Shown here: positions 7,836-16,253 of the stretch, in pieces
Numbering within the stretch: the stretch's first letter is position 1
Layout of the letters: each line of letters starts with the position of its first letter
Translations under genes and position numbers: made by a program
Notes under the pieces: generated by a model
The model's database searches: none
Seen by the model: only the letters and a program-made list of their open reading frames with translations
Told to the model about the DNA's origin: nothing
Origin: Candidatus Hadarchaeota archaeon
Lineage (GTDB): Archaea > CAYQAE01 > CAYVLA01
Direction: 5' to 3'
Assembly (NCBI GenBank): GCA_964621445.1
Contig: CAZUNO010000035.1
Coordinates: forward strand, 1 to 20,123
Length of the DNA: 20,123 bases

Positions 7836-8213
7836 TTGAAGATGGTAATTGCTTTTTCATTAGCCGCGATCTCCTCTCTTCTCTTTGGACTCTCGAATAT
7901 CTGCTATAAGATGGGCATCGATCCATTTGGACAGTTGGAGGCATCCAAGTTGCTCAACCTTGGATACATTGCGGAAATAATCGGATCGAAATGGATAATC
8001 GCCGGTGTCCTCCTCACCTTCGGCTCCGGTGTGTTCTACTTAACGGCTCTCTCTTATGGAGATGTGATAGAGGTTGTGGCCGTTCTTTCCCTGAGCTATC
8101 TGGTCACAGCGGTGCTGGCTAATTGGCTGTTGAATGAGTCCCTGACGATTTACAAGATGGCGGGATTCGCTTTGATTTTATTTGGCATATTCCTTGTACA
8201 TGTAAGGGCCTGA
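7836..8213 (+). CDS. Single-domain EamA/DMT-superfamily small transporter (ArnE/F-like)
   Basis: About 125 aa with 4 TM segments and ALS...LSLSYLVT..LA..LLNESLT..K.AG..LI..GI.LV. An alternative ATG start is at 7842. Confidence 0.85.
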   Translation: MKMVIAFSLAAISSLLFGLSNICYKMGIDPFGQLEASKLLNLGYIAEIIGSKWIIAGVLLTFGSGVFYLTALSYGDVIEVVAVLSLSYLVTAVLANWLLNESLTIYKMAGFALILFGIFLVHVRA

Positions 8214-8245
8214 TATTTCCAGTCCCCGTTAATTTATTTAGTAAA

Positions 8246-8268
8246 CATATATATGACCGATATAGTCA
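8246..8268 (+). promoter_or_regulatory. TATA box with overlapping inverted repeats; candidate PadR operator
   Basis: CATATATATG palindrome (8246-8255) about 25 bp before ATG 8279, TATAT-GACCG-ATATA (8250-8264) and TGAC-N7-GTCA (8254-8268). Confidence 0.5.
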
Positions 8269-8278
8269 CAAGCTGAAA

Positions 8279-8806
8279 ATGACGCCCACAAGCCAATCGG
8301 CATCCCAGATGAAAAGGGGGTTCGTGAGGCTCTTCATTCTAGCCAATCTCTATAGACAGCCTCTTCACGGTTACGGTATTATTCAAACAATCGAGGCCCG
8401 TAGCAACGGCTTTTGGTCCCCAAAGCCCGGGAATATCTACCCGCTGATGAAGACCATGGCCGATGAGAAGCTAATTGAGGTTCTCAAAATCCAGGGCCGA
8501 AGGAAGGTCTACGGAATTACAGAGCAGGGGAAAGAGGAGTTGCTGCATCTATTCTCGGAGGCAGAGGATGCAATTATCCACCTGGTAAAGGCAATGAACA
8601 GAAATGATGCGGAGTGGATTCATACCCACGTGGACCTTCTCGATGAATTGGAGCCCGAGAATAGGGAGGAAAGATTGAGATCAATACTGTCAACCCTCGA
8701 TTCTCTGATCGATGTTCTGAGCAATACCAGGGATAAACTGGCCGATATTCTGGATGTGGGGAAAGGCGGCGTCACTGAGGAAGGTTCAGGACGGGAAGAG
8801 GTATGA
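8279..8806 (+). CDS. PadR-family transcriptional regulator
   Basis: PLHGYGII...WSPKPGNIYPLM...RRKVYGITEQGKEEL. Confidence 0.93.
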   Translation: MTPTSQSASQMKRGFVRLFILANLYRQPLHGYGIIQTIEARSNGFWSPKPGNIYPLMKTMADEKLIEVLKIQGRRKVYGITEQGKEELLHLFSEAEDAIIHLVKAMNRNDAEWIHTHVDLLDELEPENREERLRSILSTLDSLIDVLSNTRDKLADILDVGKGGVTEEGSGREEV

Positions 8807-11800
8807 AGATTCCGAGCATTTCATCGTCCATTTCCAATAGACCCCTCCTTTTCCTAGCTTTAATATTCATTCTAACCGGGTTTTTTGGCGGTGCTTTTCT
8901 CTTACAGGGAATTGAGATGGAGGCCACCGAGAATACATTCATGCCAGAAAATGAGCTGGTAAACGCCTCCGAGGAGATCGGGGAAAAGTTTGGATCAACC
9001 CAAGGCGTGCAGGTCATTGTTAAAGCCGATAGTGGTAACGTGCTGATCCCAGAAAGCCTGGTAGAGGTCGTTGAGGTCCAGGAGGCAATTTCGAATAATG
9101 AAGATGTGAATGTCCTGTTGATTGGTGAGTCGGATCCTCGAAGGATTTCAAGCGTGCCCAATAACCTGATTCAAGGTAAAAACCTTCTTAACACCATTAA
9201 CGGGATGAAAGATGCTCTAGTACCCCAGTTTTCCGAGATCAATAGCTCCCTATCGCAGCTAAATCAGGTCCTTAGGGAATCGAGGATGAGAGTTCAGAAC
9301 TCCTTAGGCACAAAGGAGTTACCTGAGGCCATCATCCTCGCCAATCGAAGTATAATGCAGACGGCAATGGAACTGATTTCATTGTACTCCGGAGGAGCTC
9401 CAGGCCATGGTGGGGGATCCCGAAATGGCAACTCCGGAAGTCTGAATCATTCGGAGAAGGTCAAGTTCTTCCAGAATATGACCAAGCCCGAGCTGGTGGA
9501 TCTTGTCAAAAGGGTGATGGAATACGATGAATCGAGGACAGATCCCATGGTGGATGTGGTGGAGTCGGCCATATCCACCAGCAACGAGACCTCCAAGGAG
9601 ATCAATGCCCTTAATCAGACCTTGAAGAAGGCAGCTTCGGATCCAAATCTAGCGGGCAATATCAGTGCGCTGGGGGCCATGGGTATGCTGAGGTTCATAA
9701 TAACTCCCATGGACGACGGAATTTCTCAGTTGAAGGGTGCGGCAGAGGAGATAAACATCGATGTTACTACCAAGCAGCTCAATTCCGGTGTTAAGGGTAT
9801 AAAGAACGGGATTAGGTTTCTCCTCACCGTTGATTTTCAGCCTTCAGACGGGAACTACACGGCAAACGCCATGATGATCTCCTTTAACTTCAACTCGAGC
9901 AAGGCCCAAACGGCCGGGGATGATAAGGAGGTCCTGCTCAGAGCGGAGGAGGCAATGCAGGAAACGATCGATGAGATGGATCTATCCTTCAGCGAGATGG
10001 TAGTAACCGCCCAAGAACTCACATCCCGGGAGATATTGACGGCAACTCGGGACTCCCTAAAGATACTGCTCCCCCTGGCCTTCGCCCTGGTGATATTTGT
10101 ACTGGCTCTCGTATATCGAAACCTCACCGATATGATCATAAGCATCGTGGGATTGGGTTTGGCAGTGATATGGACCTATGGCCTGGGTGTTCTCTTTGGT
10201 TTCGTTTTCAATCCCATGACCCTGGCAGTGCCGGTGGTCATAGTCGGTCTGGGGATAGACTATGGAATCCATCTAACGATGAGGTATCGGGAGGAGAGAT
10301 CTGGTGGTAGGTCTCCTGCCGACTCGTCCCAGATATCTATAACCTGGGTGGGATCGGCGCTCCTAATAGCAACCATTACCAGCGTCATGGCCTTCATGTC
10401 CAACCTTACCTCGGATCTTTCCGCCCTGCAGGAGTTTGGAATTCTCTGTGCCACGGGGATAATATCTGCCTTTGTGGTGATGCTGGTGTTCGTTCCCTCA
10501 TTGAAGCAGCTCATTGATAGGAGATCGAAAGCAAGATCTGAAGGAAAGTCCCTGGGCCAGTTTTCAGTGATTTCCGGGGTTTTGGGTACGGGGGCCACGG
10601 CGGCCGAGAAACACCCCAAGGCTGTAATCTTGCTGACCCTCATGGTGACTTTGGGCGCTCTTTACGGAGCAACTAATTTGAATACCAGGTTTGAGATCGA
10701 GGATTTCCTTCCCAAGAACCTGGAATATTCTCAAAATTTGAGATACATAATGGATAACTTCAACATATCAGGTGCCTCGGCCAGCATACTAATAGAGGGG
10801 AACCTTACAAACCCCGAATTTCTGGAAGCTATGGAAGCCTCGACCCTGGATATGATGGATGATCAATTTGTCTCCAGGATGGCAACCCCGGAGGGCGAGC
10901 GCCCGCAGGTTCAATCAATTCTGTCCCTGATGAAAGACGTCGCTAAGGACAACAGAATCGCGGATCCCCTCGATCTGTATAACCAGAATTTCAGTTCAAT
11001 GTTCTGGTCCAGCATCGATGATAATGACGACGTCCCTGATCACAATCTGGGAGAGCTCCTGAACTGGCTTTATTATAATGATAATACAAAGTCCCTTGCT
11101 CGATCGCTCGTTCATAGAAATGAAAATGGAATTTTCAATGCCGCGGTAATGAGTATTTCGGTGGAGAGCGATAGAAGGGAGGATGCAGCTGTGTTGAAGA
11201 GGGAGCTCGAACAGGACGCTACACCTCTGCAAGAATTAGTTGATGGCAAGAGGTTGGATAGGGTAAGCATTACCGGCTCGACCATAATGCTGAAGGAGAT
11301 CACGGAAAGCATGGAAAGTAGCATGACTCTTTCCTTCATCCTGACTCTGATACTTTCCTTCATTGCGCTCACCATAATTTTTGCCCTCAAGGACGATTCG
11401 GTTGCATTAGGGGCTATAACCATGATCCCGGTTCTGCTTTGTAGTGCATGGATTCTGGGAACCATGTACCTGCTGGGCATACCTTATACCATGCTTACGA
11501 TAACCGTGTCGGCGCTAACCATCGGTCTTGGGGTCACCTACGGCATTCACCTTACACACAGATTTGTGGAGGAGGTCGATGCTGGTGGTGATGTGGATGA
11601 GGGTTGTAGAAAGGCCGTGACCCAAACCGGCTCAGCCCTTTTTGGAGCGGCTGCCACAACCATATCCGGTTTCGGTCTTCTCGGTTTCTCACTTCTCCCC
11701 CCGCTCCAGGAGTTTGGAGGAATCGTTGCCCTGACCATCGCCTTCAGCTTCCTGGCCACCGTGTTTGTTCTTCCAACATTCCTTGTGCTATGGGCAAAGA

Positions 11801-11811
11801 GATACAGATAG
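8803..11811 (+). CDS. RND-superfamily (MMPL/HAE3-type) transporter
   Basis: 1002 aa. Two repeats of 1 TM + large external domain + 5 TM, with GLGIDYGIH and GLGVTYGIH motifs. ATGA overlap with the PadR gene. Confidence 0.93.
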   Translation: MKIPSISSSISNRPLLFLALIFILTGFFGGAFLLQGIEMEATENTFMPENELVNASEEIGEKFGSTQGVQVIVKADSGNVLIPESLVEVVEVQEAISNNEDVNVLLIGESDPRRISSVPNNLIQGKNLLNTINGMKDALVPQFSEINSSLSQLNQVLRESRMRVQNSLGTKELPEAIILANRSIMQTAMELISLYSGGAPGHGGGSRNGNSGSLNHSEKVKFFQNMTKPELVDLVKRVMEYDESRTDPMVDVVESAISTSNETSKEINALNQTLKKAASDPNLAGNISALGAMGMLRFIITPMDDGISQLKGAAEEINIDVTTKQLNSGVKGIKNGIRFLLTVDFQPSDGNYTANAMMISFNFNSSKAQTAGDDKEVLLRAEEAMQETIDEMDLSFSEMVVTAQELTSREILTATRDSLKILLPLAFALVIFVLALVYRNLTDMIISIVGLGLAVIWTYGLGVLFGFVFNPMTLAVPVVIVGLGIDYGIHLTMRYREERSGGRSPADSSQISITWVGSALLIATITSVMAFMSNLTSDLSALQEFGILCATGIISAFVVMLVFVPSLKQLIDRRSKARSEGKSLGQFSVISGVLGTGATAAEKHPKAVILLTLMVTLGALYGATNLNTRFEIEDFLPKNLEYSQNLRYIMDNFNISGASASILIEGNLTNPEFLEAMEASTLDMMDDQFVSRMATPEGERPQVQSILSLMKDVAKDNRIADPLDLYNQNFSSMFWSSIDDNDDVPDHNLGELLNWLYYNDNTKSLARSLVHRNENGIFNAAVMSISVESDRREDAAVLKRELEQDATPLQELVDGKRLDRVSITGSTIMLKEITESMESSMTLSFILTLILSFIALTIIFALKDDSVALGAITMIPVLLCSAWILGTMYLLGIPYTMLTITVSALTIGLGVTYGIHLTHRFVEEVDAGGDVDEGCRKAVTQTGSALFGAAATTISGFGLLGFSLLPPLQEFGGIVALTIAFSFLATVFVLPTFLVLWAKRYR

Positions 11812-11826
11812 GGCACGATTTGGCAG

Positions 11827-12480
11827 TCAGGTCTCCTTTACTTTCGTGCCCCTCATCACCACGAAGGACCCCTTGCCATATCCGGGGCACGGTTTTCCCG
11901 CATCTTCGTCATTGGTTAGGGTCTGAATGGTCCTTAATTGACGGAAACCGGCTCTCTTCATACGGGACAGGACCTCTCCCGGGCTTCTGAATGTAGCCCT
12001 TTTATAGAAGGGGCTATCCCCTTTCCGTCTTTGATATCGCTTGCCCAATGGACTGTTGATATCGATTATGGCCATTATTAGGGTCTTGCCCCCTTCTAGT
12101 ACCCGATTCGCCTCCCTTAATGCCCTATCCAGATCTTTTAGGAAGCAAGCTGTGGTGACCATCAGGATTATTTGAAAAATGGAATTTGAAAAGGGCAAGG
12201 CCTCGCCCACGCCCTTTACGACATAAATCCCCCTTCTTTTGGCAAGTCTTGCCATGGGGACCGAGGGATCAATTCCATATTGGGTGGAAAGAGGTCCAGC
12301 GAAGCGTCCCGTTCCCACCCCGATTTCCAATCCCCTTGAAAATCTTGGCAGAAACTCCTTAATGGCCAGGAGTTCGGAGCGATATATGGAAGGATGTTCC
12401 TCAAACCAGGAATCATACCTTGATGGATATCGATCGAAAGGCTCGGATTCCTGGTTGTTTTTTGAGCTCTGGTTTTTCAC
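11827..12480 (-). CDS. Class I SAM-dependent methyltransferase
   Basis: Motif I LEIGVGTGRFA, GIDPS, GEALPF and EANRVL. Confidence 0.92.
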   Translation of the reverse strand: MKNQSSKNNQESEPFDRYPSRYDSWFEEHPSIYRSELLAIKEFLPRFSRGLEIGVGTGRFAGPLSTQYGIDPSVPMARLAKRRGIYVVKGVGEALPFSNSIFQIILMVTTACFLKDLDRALREANRVLEGGKTLIMAIIDINSPLGKRYQRRKGDSPFYKRATFRSPGEVLSRMKRAGFRQLRTIQTLTNDEDAGKPCPGYGKGSFVVMRGTKVKET

Positions 12481-12500
12481 GCTTAAGATATTTCCCCCTA

Positions 12501-13385
12501 TCAGCTCTCCTGGAAACGCTTGATGGTTTGTTTCCCCTTCGCATAATCCCTGTGCCAGTCCTTAGGTACAGGGTTCTCCTGGTAAAGTTCGCTTCTATTT
12601 GCCTCAAGCATTCTTCTTTGAACGCCCATAAAGTCGGCGGCACATATAACTTCGTTATCCGTTTTGGAGTTGAGTTTCCTGAGCCATGAAAGCCCCTTGG
12701 TACAACGAAGAAGATGATGATCAATAACCGTGGTCTCCACTTCCATGGCCAATTTTAGACCACATTTCCAGGCCTTCCTTCTTTGTGCGCTTGATAGACC
12801 AAGGTAGAGGGGCGGCCCGCTTACCAATGAGAGGGTTGGGTGCCATTGGAGGATCTTTTCAATTGCATTTATTCCTAACAATTGTATATCAGAGGCATGC
12901 ACGAAAACCTCTTCATTCTCCTTCAAACGGGTCATCATGACCGTTCCCATGGGACCGTCCGAGAAATCAAGTTCTGATAATCGTGTTCCCGGCTTCATTC
13001 TCCGGGTTCCCACTTCTTCCCAAAAGCTTTCCACTCTTTTCCGGATTCTTATCGATTCGTCGTCCAGTTTCTCGGTGTAGATACGGGATCCCTTAAGACA
13101 CCTACTTACTGAAGACAAATCAAGTTGATAGGGATTGACATCGGCGAGAGGCATGTGGTCTCCGTGGAAATGGCTTATGACATCGGTAGCTTTTGGTATG
13201 GACCTGATGATCTCCTTCCTAACCCTTTCCCCTCTTGCTACTTGAGTGGGATGGGGAAGAAGCCCGTTTCTCCGGTAACCCAGGGCGACTCCAGGATCAA
13301 ATAACACAACTCGGGCACTGGTGCTCACGATGCATGAGAGGCCGCGCACACCCAGGGATTCGGTGCCTATAATTTTGATATCCAT
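12501..13385 (-). CDS. Metallo-beta-lactamase-fold hydrolase (UPF0282/COG2248-like)
   Basis: ESLGVRG, DPGVALG, SHFHGDH, HASDIQ, GPPLYL, DHHLLR and LEANR. Confidence 0.88.
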   Translation of the reverse strand: MDIKIIGTESLGVRGLSCIVSTSARVVLFDPGVALGYRRNGLLPHPTQVARGERVRKEIIRSIPKATDVISHFHGDHMPLADVNPYQLDLSSVSRCLKGSRIYTEKLDDESIRIRKRVESFWEEVGTRRMKPGTRLSELDFSDGPMGTVMMTRLKENEEVFVHASDIQLLGINAIEKILQWHPTLSLVSGPPLYLGLSSAQRRKAWKCGLKLAMEVETTVIDHHLLRCTKGLSWLRKLNSKTDNEVICAADFMGVQRRMLEANRSELYQENPVPKDWHRDYAKGKQTIKRFQES

Positions 13386-13430
13386 GTTCTCGCCAAGGAT
13401 GATTCAGGTAGATATAGCGAGCTCCGGAGA

Positions 13431-14747
13431 TTAAACCTCCTTCTTCCTTTGCCGTTTGTCCTCTTCGTTAATCTTAAACCCGTAGAGCTTTGCCAAATTG
13501 ATACAGGCCTTTCTGTGGTCGCCATAGCAGGTGACCCTGTGCCATCCGAATATGTCGAAATTGTAATTATCGAATATGGCCTCCGATTCCACCTCGGCTG
13601 CCAGCTTGGTGCGGCAGGCCTTCTCCTCGTGAACATTGGCCACTGTTTTCCCTGTATGAATCGAGAAGGCATTTTTCTGGGGATTGACCTGAATTGTGGT
13701 CACCACCTCACCCAGGGGCATAAGGGATTCAACGGAGGCACCCTTTTGGTCCTCGCTATGGGAGCGGATGAGATAGGGATTCCTCTGCCCCTCCGGCCCG
13801 AATACCCTGTTAGTTGCCACGCAGTGGGCGTAGATTATCCGATCCGTGCCCGTGTCGATGACCGGGTCCGAAACATAGGCAGGTCGCCCGGTTAGGTATC
13901 GGAAGAGTAGCTGGCAGAGCGTGGATCGAAGATCCGCTTCGCAGACCCCTGTGGACCCTTGGTTGTTCAGTTCGAAGAAGGAAAGGCAGGGATAGGCGGG
14001 AAGGCTATGGGAGTAGTATAGACCAAGACAGTCGATGGTAATGGCGTCTGCCTTTTTTCCCTCCATTATTTCCTTAATGCCCACAAATAGACGCGCCGAT
14101 TTCATTATCTCCTGTTCATCGGGCTCTACTATGTCCTTGGCCTCGGCCATCCACCTGGAAGCTACCTCTCTGGCCTGTCCATGGTCGGCTTCTCGATAGC
14201 GTTTCTCAAGCTCCTCTACGTCAACCGGAAGGAGGGATGTTCCGAAGGGCTCCAGTATCTTTCCCTCCTTGGGAGGGGTTTCTCTCCGGGTCAATACCAG
14301 TATCTTGGCCTCTCTGAGCTTTTGCATAACATCGAATAGTCGCACCGCTTCCACCACATCCCTGAATCTGGAGGAGGCTATGGCCACAACTGGGAGGTTT
14401 TCCCTCTGGACTATGGAGTTGGCTAGGAGAATGCGGCCAGAGCCGGCGTAAGGATCGTCGGCAATGATAACCGGGGCCGCCTTGCGAGCGAATACCTGTT
14501 CGATTCTGGTTGGATTGGCCGTCATGTAGACTAGGTAGCCATCGAACTCTCCCTTTTCCTCCTGGATTAACTCCTCTGCCTCTTCGGTACTATACAGAAT
14601 GCTGGAGCTGAATTCGATTTCGGGTAGCTGATCCCGAAGGTCAGCCAGGACTTGTTTGCTCTTCTCGAATACGTTATAATTAACATACGGCCAGCCAGGC
14701 TTCCCGGGTCTGTTGGCAGGAAAGATAACCTTGACTCGTGTCTTCAT
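13431..14747 (-). CDS. L-fucose/L-arabinose isomerase-like protein
   Basis: ADAITIDC, YPCL...CEADL, SDP, YAHC, CRTK and GWHRV are FucI/AraA-like C-terminal motifs. Confidence 0.75.
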   Translation of the reverse strand: MKTRVKVIFPANRPGKPGWPYVNYNVFEKSKQVLADLRDQLPEIEFSSSILYSTEEAEELIQEEKGEFDGYLVYMTANPTRIEQVFARKAAPVIIADDPYAGSGRILLANSIVQRENLPVVAIASSRFRDVVEAVRLFDVMQKLREAKILVLTRRETPPKEGKILEPFGTSLLPVDVEELEKRYREADHGQAREVASRWMAEAKDIVEPDEQEIMKSARLFVGIKEIMEGKKADAITIDCLGLYYSHSLPAYPCLSFFELNNQGSTGVCEADLRSTLCQLLFRYLTGRPAYVSDPVIDTGTDRIIYAHCVATNRVFGPEGQRNPYLIRSHSEDQKGASVESLMPLGEVVTTIQVNPQKNAFSIHTGKTVANVHEEKACRTKLAAEVESEAIFDNYNFDIFGWHRVTCYGDHRKACINLAKLYGFKINEEDKRQRKKEV

Positions 14748-14765
14748 CCTAGGTTCTCCGTGGGA

Positions 14766-14788
14766 TTTTCAAATCTGGGGCTTGAAAA
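14766..14788. promoter_or_regulatory. Inverted repeat TTTTCAA-N9-TTGAAAA upstream of the isomerase-like gene
   Basis: Perfect 7-bp arms, 18 bp upstream of ATG 14747. Confidence 0.35.
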
Positions 14789-14829
14789 ATGAAGCATATG
14801 ATCCATGGGGACTATTGGTCATCAGGCCT

Positions 14830-15972
14830 TTAAATGACGGTTAGATCCCGTTTTAACCAGTATCCAGCTATGACCGGAATTTCACATCTGAGTTCTCGGT
14901 CCAGGTCCGGATCCCCCGTGTCGACCTTCAGCTGAGAGGTGTTCTGAAGCTTGGAGGGGGTAGCCAAAACGAGTATATTTTCCCTTTCCACCTTCCTGAT
15001 CACGCGAGGGCTGATCTGTTGGTTGCCTCTTCCAAGGATAAAGCCCTGCTTGCCTATGGGACTAACTATTATGGTTCCTGGGTGGTTCTCGAGCTCCTCC
15101 AGTATTCTGCTCTCTCCAACATCAGCTGCCAGAAGCTGGTTATTCTTGATGAGGTCAACGCCGAGAAGGGTGGAGTTCTCGATTTTCAACTTATTTGCGA
15201 CCTGGGCAGTGGTGGTTCCTGGTCCCAGAATGTAGAGATGGTCCTTCCGCATTGCCTCCACGATACATCTAGCTATCTCCCTTTTCTCCAGTTCTTCCGA
15301 GCCCCAAATGCTGCTGGACAGCTTATGTTCCTGTCTTAGCGTCCTTTCGTATGGGGTTAGGGCATATCCTTTCAGCTCGGTTCTCAAGGTATTCCCACGA
15401 TAGGCAGCCTCGTCCACATCCATTACCTCGGCTTCCCGAATGGAGAGGTCCCCCTCTAGAAACATCCTTATCATCTTTGCTGCATCCTTAGGAGTGTTGG
15501 CGAAGACCGCGGAGAAGACCTTTACCCCTGCCGGGACGCCCAGGATTGGTACCCTCTTTTCGATGGCATCGTAGATATCGTTGGCCGTTCCATCACCGCC
15601 CACGAAGGCCAACAGGTCAACTTCCCTGTCCGCTAGATCCCTGGCCGCGGCCCTGGTGTCCGAGGCCGTGGTGGGCCCTGATGATATTGAGCCGAGAACC
15701 GTTGGTTCTATTCCGCAGGATAGGACCTCTTTCTCTCCCATCTCAGCTGGATAGGTCAGAATTGATGGTAGGTAGCCATTCAGGAGATACGTTAGCATCT
15801 TTTCGGCTCTGCCTGGTGCTACGGGAACGGCCCCCCGCCTTTTGGCCTCTCTGAGGGTCTCATCGCCGTCGGTTCCCTTCAGGCCAACGCGACCTCCCAT
15901 GCCGGCTATGGGGTTAACGATTAATCCTAGGGAAACCTCCGATTCTTCAACGGTTTGTGGGGTCAATGTCAA
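14830..15972 (-). CDS. ATP-NAD kinase-like family protein (COG3199/AcoX-like)
   Basis: GLIVNPIAGMGGRVGLKGTDG, GGDGT, GVPAGVKVFSAVFA, GPGTT, GFILGRGNQQISP and VDTGD. The exact start is uncertain (TTG). Confidence 0.88.
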   Translation of the reverse strand: MTLTPQTVEESEVSLGLIVNPIAGMGGRVGLKGTDGDETLREAKRRGAVPVAPGRAEKMLTYLLNGYLPSILTYPAEMGEKEVLSCGIEPTVLGSISSGPTTASDTRAAARDLADREVDLLAFVGGDGTANDIYDAIEKRVPILGVPAGVKVFSAVFANTPKDAAKMIRMFLEGDLSIREAEVMDVDEAAYRGNTLRTELKGYALTPYERTLRQEHKLSSSIWGSEELEKREIARCIVEAMRKDHLYILGPGTTTAQVANKLKIENSTLLGVDLIKNNQLLAADVGESRILEELENHPGTIIVSPIGKQGFILGRGNQQISPRVIRKVERENILVLATPSKLQNTSQLKVDTGDPDLDRELRCEIPVIAGYWLKRDLTVI

Positions 15973-16057
15973 GGCACCAGAATGAACCTGGATGCCGAAA
16001 CCCGCCTCAGGTCAAGCCCGGGCTGCCAACCTGGGAGCCGAGAATTCGGCCAGATCC

Positions 16058-16213
16058 CTATTTCTTCGGCTTGTTAATCAACTGGGGCACGATAATTTCG
16101 TATCCGCACTCCGGACAGCGGTAATGGAGTTCTAGAACCTCCTCGATAAGCTCCCTACGGTTCCTGTCGATAACATCCATTTCAGCACCGCATTTCCTGC
16201 ATTTCTTGAGCAT
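16058..16213 (-). CDS. Small zinc-ribbon protein (51 aa), not in the supplied ORF track
   Basis: Manual translation MLKKCRKCGAEMDVIDRNRRELIEEVLELHYRCPECGYEIIVPQLINKPKK*. It has two CxxCG knuckles, and a GGTGA RBS 5 nt before the ATG. Confidence 0.85.
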   Translation of the reverse strand: MLKKCRKCGAEMDVIDRNRRELIEEVLELHYRCPECGYEIIVPQLINKPKK

Positions 16214-16253
16214 CTAAATCACCGATTCATTATGTAGTCTAAACCCGGGGGGT

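Noticed and set aside
8772-11816. Minus-strand ORFs inside the RND gene
   Set aside because: Antisense shadows of a hydrophobic coding sequence.
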